Below are positions 8,234 through 16,457 of a stretch of 61,131 bases of DNA, in pieces; position 1 is the stretch's first letter, and every line of letters starts with the position of its first letter. The stretch is from positions 1 to 61,131 of IMG/VR virus record IMGVR_UViG_3300050343_000196. One strand, written 5' to 3'. A program made the translations under genes and the position numbers. Source of the DNA: a virus (lineage: Duplodnaviria; Caudoviricetes). Under the pieces are notes generated by a model. The model saw only the letters and a program-made list of their open reading frames with translations, ran no database searches and was not told the origin of the DNA.

Positions 8234-8553
8234 GAAAATTAATAATTACATTTTTGATGGCAACTAGCTTTTGCTATACGCAATCAAATTCAATTCCGCC
8301 AGAATTATATGGCAATTGGTATAACCTAGATCAAGAACTTTTAATAATTCAACCTAATGATACATTCACTAGGAGAAGTACAGAAGGGATATTAGCTCAA
8401 GGTAAACTAGAAATAGTTGATGGTGAGTTAAGAGTAATCAGAACAGATGTAAACGATGAGTATGACTTATTGTTTCACATTGGGAACACAAGTTTAGTAG
8501 TAACAAAGCCAAGATCACAACAAGCTTGGTTATTCTATAAGCTTGGAAATTAA
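8230..8553 (+). CDS. Secreted beta-rich protein (lipocalin-like)
   Basis: Signal peptide MRKLIITFLM..., LYGNW motif. Confidence 0.55.
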   Translation: MRKLIITFLMATSFCYTQSNSIPPELYGNWYNLDQELLIIQPNDTFTRRSTEGILAQGKLEIVDGELRVIRTDVNDEYDLLFHIGNTSLVVTKPRSQQAWLFYKLGN

Positions 8554-8588
8554 CATTTTAACAAAACACGTAATAATATATATAGACA

Positions 8589-9122
8589 ATGACAATATAT
8601 CAAAAATTAAGTTTAATACAAAAAGAGTTCAAAAGTAAGAAATCACGTTACAACTCCTTCGGCAAGTACAACTTCAGATCCGCCGAAGATATTCTTGAAG
8701 CATTAAAACCGTACAATGAAAAGTATAAAGTATACTTTGTTGTTCACGAGCAATTTCAAATGTCAAATTTGACTGTTCCTGTAATAGAAACAAGAGCACA
8801 AATTCACGACACTGAAAGCGAAGCATTTATATCAGCAACAGCTATTGTAGGTGTGGATCTTAATCAGAAAGGTATGCAAACACCACAGCAATTTGGCTCC
8901 GCATCATCTTATGGTAAGAAATATGCTTTAGGTAATTTATTGCTAATTGATGACACTGCAGATTCCGATGCTACAAATACACACGGTGCTTCGGCTACTA
9001 CTATGACATCAGCTCAATTAAAACAAGCTCAAGAATATGTTAAGTCAGGAGGCAAAGTTGCTCAAATTAAAAAGAAGTATACTATGACACCTGAACAAGA
9101 AAAATCATTAACAACACTATAA
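8589..9122 (+). CDS. ERF-family ssDNA annealing protein
   Basis: NSFGKYNFRSAEDILEALKP; QQFGSASSYGKKYALGNLLLID. Confidence 0.88.
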   Translation: MTIYQKLSLIQKEFKSKKSRYNSFGKYNFRSAEDILEALKPYNEKYKVYFVVHEQFQMSNLTVPVIETRAQIHDTESEAFISATAIVGVDLNQKGMQTPQQFGSASSYGKKYALGNLLLIDDTADSDATNTHGASATTMTSAQLKQAQEYVKSGGKVAQIKKKYTMTPEQEKSLTTL

Positions 9123-9866
9123 ATGACAAAAGACGAAGTCTTAGAAAAACTTAAATCAGACGACCATTATTATGGTAAGTTTGGCAAGCAATATTTAAGT
9201 AACTCAGACATATCCGCGTTATTAAAAGACCCACTAAGCTTTAAAGCACCCTCACCTATGAGCTCTGCTTTTTTAGTTGGGGGTTATTTCCATACTAGTA
9301 TACTTGAACCAGATAAGATTGATAATTTTAAAATCATCGAATCTTCTACAAGAAATACAAAAAAGTATAAGGAAATTTCCGAGGGTGAATTATGTTTACT
9401 TCAGCATGAAGCAGACAAAATTGAATTAATGCGAGAAAAGTTGCTAAAGAACAATGTATGTAAAGATTATATACGAGGTTCAAGAAAAGGCGCACGTGTC
9501 AAATACGAACAACCCGGGATAGTAAGATTGTTCGGTAACATGTGGAAAGGAAAAGCCGATATAATAAATGAGGACGAGCAACTTATTATAGACCTCAAGA
9601 CCAGTGCTGATGTAAGTAAATTTAAATGGTCAGCAAATAAATACAATTATGACAGTCAGGCTTATATCTATAAAGAGATGTTTGGTTATGATATGTTATT
9701 TATCGTAATGGATAAGACAACACATCAGATAGGAATATTTGATTGTTCGGATGAATTCTATGAATCAGGTAGAGATAAAGTTCTTAGAGCTACTGAATCA
9801 TATGAACTATTCTTTAAAACAGATGGCTTTGATCCATCGCAATTTTTTTTAACTAAAACACTTTAA
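9123..9866 (+). CDS. PD-(D/E)XK exonuclease (RecE/ExoVIII-like)
   Basis: LSNSDI, GGYFH..ILEP, KGKADI..IIDLKT, Y..QAYIY. Confidence 0.85.
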   Translation: MTKDEVLEKLKSDDHYYGKFGKQYLSNSDISALLKDPLSFKAPSPMSSAFLVGGYFHTSILEPDKIDNFKIIESSTRNTKKYKEISEGELCLLQHEADKIELMREKLLKNNVCKDYIRGSRKGARVKYEQPGIVRLFGNMWKGKADIINEDEQLIIDLKTSADVSKFKWSANKYNYDSQAYIYKEMFGYDMLFIVMDKTTHQIGIFDCSDEFYESGRDKVLRATESYELFFKTDGFDPSQFFLTKTL

Positions 9867-9875
9867 TTTAATATT

Positions 9876-10043
9876 ATGGCAAGAACAAAGAAAAGAACTT
9901 GTAGCGTTACAGGAGTAACAACAAGTGAGAAAAACTTTTACAGCAATCAAACGCATGTAAAAGCTGTTGACAATTTAAGACGCGCAACTGGCGCTAATAG
10001 AAGTCAATTACAAAGAATGTTTTCACAATTACAAACATATTAA
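9876..10043 (+). CDS. Small basic hypothetical protein (55 aa)
   Basis: Manually read ORF MARTKKRTCSVTG... Confidence 0.6.
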   Translation: MARTKKRTCSVTGVTTSEKNFYSNQTHVKAVDNLRRATGANRSQLQRMFSQLQTY

Positions 10044-10046
10044 GAA

Positions 10047-10358
10047 ATGGCTGGAATTATTAAAACAAGTATAAACCTTACTGCTATAGATAAGTCAAGA
10101 ATTATTCAAGGTAAAAAGGGTCAGTATCTACCGATCACTATTACTGTAAATAATGATGTTGATGCCTATGGTAATCACGGACCAGTAGCTATTGCTCAGT
10201 CTAAGGAAGAGCGAGAAGCTAAGGAGCCTAGAACGTTTCTAGGTAATGCTACTATTGTATGGACTGATGGAGAATTTCCACAGCCTGTACCAAGGGATAA
10301 TCAGCAACAAGCAGCGGCGCCAAAGCAGCAAGTTGCACAAGATGATTTACCATTTTAA
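10047..10358 (+). CDS. Probable ssDNA-binding protein
   Basis: Small beta-rich core with Q/A linker and DDLPF C-terminal tip. Confidence 0.7.
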   Translation: MAGIIKTSINLTAIDKSRIIQGKKGQYLPITITVNNDVDAYGNHGPVAIAQSKEEREAKEPRTFLGNATIVWTDGEFPQPVPRDNQQQAAAPKQQVAQDDLPF

Positions 10359-10382
10359 GAACCACAACAAGAAATAAACTAT

Positions 10383-12104
10383 ATGCAAGTAAATAATTCG
10401 GAAATCAATGGTTTCCAGATCGACCAATTTAATCAACACGACTTAAAAGTAGGTGCACCTGAAGGTACATGCCCTCTATGTTCACACACAAGAAAGTCTG
10501 AGAATAAAAAGAAAAAGTGTGCTTCTTATGATTGGGAGAGAGGATTAGGTACTTGTCATAATTGTAATACATCATTTCAGCTACATACTTTTAAAAGAAA
10601 AGGAACAAGCGATAAGGTTTATGTTCGCCCCGACTTTTCTGCTAAAACCCACAAACCAGTAGGTTCAAAAGTTGTAGAGTGGTTTAATAGTAGAGGTATA
10701 TCTCAGAAGACTCTTGAAGACTTAAATGTTTCCGAGGGTCCTGAGTTTATGCCACAATCTTCTAAAGAGGAGAACACAATTAAATTTAATTATATGATGG
10801 GTGGTGAGCTCATCAACATTAAGTATAGAGATGGCCGCAAGAACTTCAAGCTTTATAAAGGTGCTGAAAAAGTATTTTATAATATTGATGCTATTGTAGG
10901 CCATTCTTTTTGTGTTATAACTGAAGGTGAAATTGATGTACTAGCTTTACATGAAGCAGGTATACCAAATGCTATTTCAGTTCCAAACGGCGCAACCTTA
11001 GGCACAAACAACTTAGATTACTTAGATAACTGTATAGATTACTTTACAAACATTGAAAAGATAATCATAGCTGTTGATAACGATGAGCCAGGCGTAGCTT
11101 TAAAGAACGAGCTTATAAGAAGATTAGGTGCTGAGGTTTGCTATACAACTTCTTTTAAAGATTGTAAAGACGCAAATGAATATTTAATTAAATATGGAGT
11201 TGATTCTTTAAAACAGGTTATAGATAAATCTAGTCCTGTGCCACTTGAAAATGTTACAACCTTTAAAGATATTGAAGGCGATGTTGTAGACTTTGTTGAA
11301 AACGGTTTTAAACCAGGATTTCAAATAGGTTTACGTAACTTTGATGATATATTTTCTACATATACAGGACAGTTTATAACTGTTACAGGTATACCATCTT
11401 CTGGTAAATCAGATTTTGTAGATCAAATGGTAATAGGTTATAATCAACAATACAGTTGGAAGACAGCTTTTGCATCACCAGAAAATGCACCCACTTATTT
11501 ACACGCCCATAAACTAATGAGAAAAGCTTGGCAAGGTATGCCATCTAAATCTGATATTGGTAAAGACAAATGGGAACAAACAACAGAATATATAAACGAT
11601 AACTTTTATTTTATCGATATGGAACGTTATACATTAGATTCAGTATTAAAGAAAGGTGCTGAGCTTGTAAAACGTAAAGGTATTAAATGCCTTGTGATTG
11701 ATCCATTTAATAAAGTTAGAGATTTAGATTCTAACAATGGTGATGTTAATGTATACACATTAGAATACTTAACTAAGATTGAAATGTTTGCTAAAAAATA
11801 TGATGTACTAGTTATAATAGTTGCTCACCCAACTAAAATGTATAAAGATTCTAATGGTAAAATTGAAGAGCCTACGATGTATAACATTAAAGGTGGAGGT
11901 GAATGGTATGATGCTAGTTATCACGGTTTGTTAGTTCATAGAGATTATGAAAAGAAAACAACAAAGATAAAAGTATTAAAAGTTAAGTTTCAAAATTTAG
12001 GTGAAAACGGAGGAGAAGCATTCTTTACTTGGGAACCTAAATCTGGTTGTTATATACCACATTCAGAACCTATACCAGAAAATACTATAATGCCTTGGGA
12101 ATGA
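10383..12104 (+). CDS. Primase-helicase (T7 gp4/Twinkle type)
   Basis: Zn finger CPLC..CHNC; TOPRIM EGEID, DND, KDANE; Walker A GIPSSGKS; VAHP. Confidence 0.93.
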   Translation: MQVNNSEINGFQIDQFNQHDLKVGAPEGTCPLCSHTRKSENKKKKCASYDWERGLGTCHNCNTSFQLHTFKRKGTSDKVYVRPDFSAKTHKPVGSKVVEWFNSRGISQKTLEDLNVSEGPEFMPQSSKEENTIKFNYMMGGELINIKYRDGRKNFKLYKGAEKVFYNIDAIVGHSFCVITEGEIDVLALHEAGIPNAISVPNGATLGTNNLDYLDNCIDYFTNIEKIIIAVDNDEPGVALKNELIRRLGAEVCYTTSFKDCKDANEYLIKYGVDSLKQVIDKSSPVPLENVTTFKDIEGDVVDFVENGFKPGFQIGLRNFDDIFSTYTGQFITVTGIPSSGKSDFVDQMVIGYNQQYSWKTAFASPENAPTYLHAHKLMRKAWQGMPSKSDIGKDKWEQTTEYINDNFYFIDMERYTLDSVLKKGAELVKRKGIKCLVIDPFNKVRDLDSNNGDVNVYTLEYLTKIEMFAKKYDVLVIIVAHPTKMYKDSNGKIEEPTMYNIKGGGEWYDASYHGLLVHRDYEKKTTKIKVLKVKFQNLGENGGEAFFTWEPKSGCYIPHSEPIPENTIMPWE

Positions 12105-12136
12105 TACGTAACAAATACGAACTAAATAAGATAATA
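12105..12136 (+). promoter_or_regulatory. Repeated motif copy 10, heading the nucleotide-metabolism operon
   Basis: tacgt aacaaa tacga actaaataa gataata. Confidence 0.8.
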
Positions 12137-12438
12137 TGGCAGGAACAGTAAATGCAATGGACGTTGGTAGAAAACGTAAAAAGTCTATTATGGGCAGTTA
12201 CTTTCCTACAACAGAAGAAAGAGCAGCTCATGATTTCTGTATTAGAAATAATATTAGAATATCTTACCAGCCTATATCAACAGGTGCTGCACCAAAAGAA
12301 TGGTATATAACCGTAATTATTGGCCCTTATAAAAAAGGAGAAAAAGTAAATGTATCTCCAGAGTCCTACAAGGCTGTGGAATGCAAACAAATGATGTATA
12401 AAACATGTATGTACTATTATGAGAAATATAGAAGATGA
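12136..12438 (+). CDS. Hypothetical protein
   Basis: ORF. Confidence 0.65.
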   Translation: MAGTVNAMDVGRKRKKSIMGSYFPTTEERAAHDFCIRNNIRISYQPISTGAAPKEWYITVIIGPYKKGEKVNVSPESYKAVECKQMMYKTCMYYYEKYRR

Positions 12439-13252
12439 ATACACAGGTTTAATGTCCGGTATATTACACGGAGGTAAACCTAAAGAAGATAGGACTGGAA
12501 CAGGAACAAGAGCTGTATTTGGTAGAATGTTATACCACGATATGAAGCTTGGGTTTCCTTTACTAACAAAAAAGAAAATTATATTTAATCATGCAAAAAC
12601 AGAATTATTTTGGATTGTCGAAGGCAGAAGCGACTTGGACTATCTTATTGATAACGGTGTCAAGTATTGGATTCCTGATTACCAAAGATCTGGTAGGACT
12701 GATAGAAAACTTGGTCCCGTATACGGTCACCAGTGGCGTCATGCTAATGGCATCGATCAATTACAAGTGGTGCTTCAGGAGCTTAGGGAAAATCCCACCA
12801 GTAGACGACTCATGGTATCAGCTTGGAACGTTTCTGATCTTCACGATATGGTACTCCCTCCTTGTCATTATAACTTCCAGTTATTTTATAACGATGGTAA
12901 ACTGGACTTAATGTGGCAACAAAGAAGTGCAGATGTATTTCTAGGATTACCATATGATATAGCTATGTATGGCTTGTTATTAGAAATGATAGCAGATGGT
13001 GCAGGTTATGAAGCTGGAACTCTTATTGCTAGCTTAGGCGATTGTCATTTATATAACAATCATTTAAAACAAGCGGAAGAGTATATTGCTGCAAAGCAAT
13101 ACGATTTACCCAAACTTAAAATGGAATGGGGCGGTATCAAATTAAGAGAAGGTGCAAATGATTTTGTATTCCTTCCTAATAAAGATACTATAACATTAGA
13201 AGGATATAATCACAGTCCTGCTATTAAAGCAGAATTATCTGTAGGAAAATAA
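12419..13252 (+). CDS. thyA: Thymidylate synthase-family protein with N177D-type specificity change (candidate dCMP methylase)
   Basis: DRTGTGT, GPVYGHQWR, SRR, LPPCH, QRSADVFLGLPYDIA, DCHLYNNH. Confidence 0.9.
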   Translation: MRNIEDEYTGLMSGILHGGKPKEDRTGTGTRAVFGRMLYHDMKLGFPLLTKKKIIFNHAKTELFWIVEGRSDLDYLIDNGVKYWIPDYQRSGRTDRKLGPVYGHQWRHANGIDQLQVVLQELRENPTSRRLMVSAWNVSDLHDMVLPPCHYNFQLFYNDGKLDLMWQQRSADVFLGLPYDIAMYGLLLEMIADGAGYEAGTLIASLGDCHLYNNHLKQAEEYIAAKQYDLPKLKMEWGGIKLREGANDFVFLPNKDTITLEGYNHSPAIKAELSVGK

Positions 13253-13259
13253 AAAAAAT

Positions 13260-14018
13260 ATGGAAGAAATATATTATATTTATCATATACCTAATAAAAA
13301 AATCGGTGTAACACGTGATTTAAATAATAGAGTTACGCTTGTGCAGGGCTATAAGCCTGGGGAATATGAAGTTCTAGATTCTTCGTCTGATATTAATTAT
13401 ATATCAAAGCGAGAAATAGAGCTTCAAAAGTTTTATGGGTACAAAGTAGATAGAACATTATATAAAAATTTAGTAAATAAAAAAATGAAAATAAATGCAA
13501 CAGAGCAAACCTCAACATTCCCATGCAAAAAGAAAGGGCTTAAAGATATGCTCGAAAAAAACATAGGGTTAAGTTGGCAAACGCCATTAGGTGATTTTAA
13601 AATACAGAAAGAGCAAATTCAATGGATACTAGCTAATTCATATAAGTCTATGTATGACAAAGACAGAACTTATATTTATAACAAAGCTTTTTATGAAGCA
13701 TTCAAAGCTAAACCAGAACATGGTAAAGTTGAGTTATTTGATCTTATAAGGCAATGGGCCAAAGAAAAAGGTATCTTAGATAAAGGAGATGCTAAAACAC
13801 AATTAATAAAATTATATGAAGAAACAGGGGAATTATCGCAATCCCTTCTTAACAATGATAAAGAAGGTGTTATCGATGCTATTGGTGATAGCGTTGTTGT
13901 TCTTACTAATCTTGCCGAACTCAACGGTGTTTCAATTGAAACTTGTATGCAGTCTGCTTATGATGAGATTTCTGGTAGAACTGGGAGAATGGTAAACGGA
14001 ACATTTGTAAAAGACTAA
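13260..14018 (+). CDS. GIY-YIG-like N-terminal domain fused to MazG-like NTP pyrophosphohydrolase
   Basis: YYIYHIP..KIGVT..LNNR...REIELQ; C-terminal QLIKLYEETGEL..DAIGDSVVVL. Confidence 0.75.
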   Translation: MEEIYYIYHIPNKKIGVTRDLNNRVTLVQGYKPGEYEVLDSSSDINYISKREIELQKFYGYKVDRTLYKNLVNKKMKINATEQTSTFPCKKKGLKDMLEKNIGLSWQTPLGDFKIQKEQIQWILANSYKSMYDKDRTYIYNKAFYEAFKAKPEHGKVELFDLIRQWAKEKGILDKGDAKTQLIKLYEETGELSQSLLNNDKEGVIDAIGDSVVVLTNLAELNGVSIETCMQSAYDEISGRTGRMVNGTFVKD

Positions 14019-14019
14019 T

Positions 14020-14256
14020 ATGGAAATAAGAGATAAGATTATAGAATCAGTAGTAAAAAAGTTTATTAACAGATCTGATGTAGGTTATAAAAAGTACGGC
14101 GTTACTTTACATAAAGATGACCAACCACTAGATACATGGCTTCAACACATACAAGAAGAGTTAATGGATGCTGTCAACTATATAGAAAAAACAAGACAAG
14201 CATTAAAAAGTGAAATTGAAGAATGTTATTTAAGAGATCTTAAAGCAAAAGAATAA
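14020..14256 (+). CDS. Small all-alpha (MazG-like) nucleotide pyrophosphohydrolase-like protein
   Basis: RSDVGYKKYGVTL..WLQHIQEELMDAVNY. Confidence 0.55.
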   Translation: MEIRDKIIESVVKKFINRSDVGYKKYGVTLHKDDQPLDTWLQHIQEELMDAVNYIEKTRQALKSEIEECYLRDLKAKE

Positions 14257-14714
14257 TGTTTTATAAAAGGAAGAAGGCCCCTAAGAAAAAAAGAGGGCCA
14301 GTACAATCTAGGAAAATTAGTTATGATGGACATAATTTTGCCTCAGGATTGGAAAAGTATATGTATATGGCTTTACAAAAAGCAAAAATTAAAGCTAAGT
14401 ACGAGGGTGAAACTTTTGTTTTATTAAATGGATTTCATTTTGAAAATGAAGTTTATGAAAGACAGGCAAACTCAAAGGGCGAATTTATGAACAGAGGTGA
14501 AAAAAGAATATTACCTATAAAGTACACACCAGATTTTATTGGTGAAAACTTTATAATAGAAACTAAAGGTAGACCTAATGAATCATTTCCTATTAGATGG
14601 AAGTTGTTTAAGAAATTAGTTACCGAGCAGTTTCCTAGTTATACTCTTTTTAAACCACAAAACCAAAAAGAATGCGACAGGGTTATAGAAATACTGAGAA
14701 ACAAAAGAAAATAG
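14256..14714 (+). CDS. T7 endonuclease I-like Holliday junction resolvase
   Basis: FASGLE, YTPDF, IIETKG. Confidence 0.82.
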   Translation: MFYKRKKAPKKKRGPVQSRKISYDGHNFASGLEKYMYMALQKAKIKAKYEGETFVLLNGFHFENEVYERQANSKGEFMNRGEKRILPIKYTPDFIGENFIIETKGRPNESFPIRWKLFKKLVTEQFPSYTLFKPQNQKECDRVIEILRNKRK

Positions 14715-14839
14715 CAAGATTAAAATACAAAGAAAGACAAGTTGAAAAACATATTAAGTGGGCTATTAACAGGGGCTTTCTTAGGTGGAATGAGCTTATA
14801 GAGATTCACAAAAAATATAATATAGAAGTTTATGGCTAG
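14672..14839 (+). CDS. Small basic hypothetical protein
   Basis: Manually read 55-aa ORF filling the gap. Confidence 0.45.
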   Translation: MRQGYRNTEKQKKIARLKYKERQVEKHIKWAINRGFLRWNELIEIHKKYNIEVYG

Positions 14840-14972
14840 AAATGGAATGATGTCTGTACTCCAAGAAAGAAAAAAGATTAGGAGAAAAGGTATACACGCA
14901 AAAACAAAAACAAGTAATGTTAAGTCAAGTAGGAATTACAAAAAGGCTTATAAGGGTCAAGGCAGAATATGA
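14832..14972 (+). CDS. Small basic protein (46 aa)
   Basis: RKKIRRKGIHAKTKTS..KKAYKGQGR. Confidence 0.65.
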   Translation: MARNGMMSVLQERKKIRRKGIHAKTKTSNVKSSRNYKKAYKGQGRI

Positions 14973-15118
14973 AAGTATGGAGAATATCTATAGGCTTATA
15001 TCCAGGAATACTTATAGGAATTAGATCGTATGATTTAGATGAGGTAGTGTCACACGTGCTTTATCTACCGTTTGTAGATATAGCTTTAGAAATAATTAAA
15101 CACGATAAAGAAGATTAA
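14969..15118 (+). CDS. Small hypothetical protein (49 aa)
   Basis: ATGA overlap; SIGLYPGILIGIR..VLYLPFVDIAL. Confidence 0.6.
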   Translation: MKVWRISIGLYPGILIGIRSYDLDEVVSHVLYLPFVDIALEIIKHDKED

Positions 15119-15119
15119 T

Positions 15120-16088
15120 ATGGGATTATTTGATGAAAGAGTAGCATACAAACCTTTTGATTATCCAGAATACTATAACGAAGGTTGGTTACCACAAGCG
15201 CAAGCTTTTTGGTTGCACACAGAAATTAGTATGTCTGGAGATGTAAAAGATTGGAATGAAAGATTAACTGAATCTGAAAAGCATTTAGTTGGTAATATAT
15301 TATTAGGATTTGCACAAACAGAATGTGCTGTATCAGATTACTGGACACAAAATGTAGTAAACTGGTTTCCTAAACATGAAATAAAACAAATGGCCATGAT
15401 ATTTGGCTCACAAGAAACCGTACACGCGGTTGCGTATTCATATTTGAATGAAACTTTAGGTCTTGAAGACTTTGAAGCATTCTTACATGAACCAGCTACA
15501 GCGGACAGGTTTGATAATTTAGTTGCTTATGAAGGAAAAGATAAAATTGGTATTGCCAAAAGTTTGGCAGTCTTTAGCGCTTTTGCTGAAGGTGTTTCGT
15601 TATACTCTGCTTTTGCTGTTTTATATAGCTTTCAGCTTAGAAACTTACTTAAAGGTATTGGCCAGCAAATGAAATGGTCAGTAAGAGATGAATCATTACA
15701 TTCAAAAATGGGTTGTCAATTGTTTAGACATATGTGTGAAGAAACACCAAACCTAAAAGAAGATTGTAAAGATCATGTTCTTGAAGCTGCGGATATAATG
15801 GTAGACCTTGAATTAAAATATATCGATAAAATGTTTGAACAAGGTGATATAGAAAATTTAAAGAAAGAAGATTTAAAAAACTTTATAAAGAAAAGAGCAA
15901 ATGAAAAAATCGTTGAACTCGGTTACACAGACGAAGCAAATCATTTTGGATTTGATGCAACCAGCGCTAGTACTTTGGATTGGTTTTATCATCTTACTGG
16001 GGGTGTTACTCACACCGATTTTTTTGCTATCAGGCCTACTGACTATTCTAAAGCAAACGAAGGAGAAGATTTTGAGGATATTTGGTAG
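15120..16088 (+). CDS. nrdB: Ribonucleotide reductase class I beta subunit
   Basis: AFWLHTEI, ETVHAVAY, EGVSLYSAF, RDESLH, HTDFF. Confidence 0.93.
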   Translation: MGLFDERVAYKPFDYPEYYNEGWLPQAQAFWLHTEISMSGDVKDWNERLTESEKHLVGNILLGFAQTECAVSDYWTQNVVNWFPKHEIKQMAMIFGSQETVHAVAYSYLNETLGLEDFEAFLHEPATADRFDNLVAYEGKDKIGIAKSLAVFSAFAEGVSLYSAFAVLYSFQLRNLLKGIGQQMKWSVRDESLHSKMGCQLFRHMCEETPNLKEDCKDHVLEAADIMVDLELKYIDKMFEQGDIENLKKEDLKNFIKKRANEKIVELGYTDEANHFGFDATSASTLDWFYHLTGGVTHTDFFAIRPTDYSKANEGEDFEDIW

Positions 16089-16251
16089 TCTATTACTATT
16101 AGCTTTAATAAGCTGTAGTAAAACAGAAGTTGAATGTGATTTAAAAACAATTGAAACATACGCTGTTGAAAAATGCAATAGATATGTGGATAACGAAGAG
16201 TGCGTAAATGAAGTAGTTCACTTAATAACTACGTCTTGTGGAATTAAATAA
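15901..16251 (+). CDS. Putative lipoprotein overlapping the nrdB 3' end (true start uncertain)
   Basis: LLLLALISC lipobox-like; fills the 16088-16257 gap. Confidence 0.5.
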   Translation: MKKSLNSVTQTKQIILDLMQPALVLWIGFIILLGVLLTPIFLLSGLLTILKQTKEKILRIFGSLLLLALISCSKTEVECDLKTIETYAVEKCNRYVDNEECVNEVVHLITTSCGIK

Positions 16252-16256
16252 TAAAT

Positions 16257-16457
16257 ATGAAAGAATCAGAACTAATAATAATGAGAAAAAAAATAGAACA
16301 GCTTGGCGCTTTAATGCAGGGTGTTCTACAGGAATTAACTAATCTTAGAGATTTGTCGGTTGGCACTTTACAAACTATTAAAAATATGCCAGATTATGAT
16401 GAAGCTATTAAGAAATTAGAAGAACAAATGAAAGAAAAACAAGAAGATGTGGAATAA
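16257..16457 (+). CDS. Hypothetical coiled-coil protein
   Basis: ORF. Confidence 0.65.
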   Translation: MKESELIIMRKKIEQLGALMQGVLQELTNLRDLSVGTLQTIKNMPDYDEAIKKLEEQMKEKQEDVE

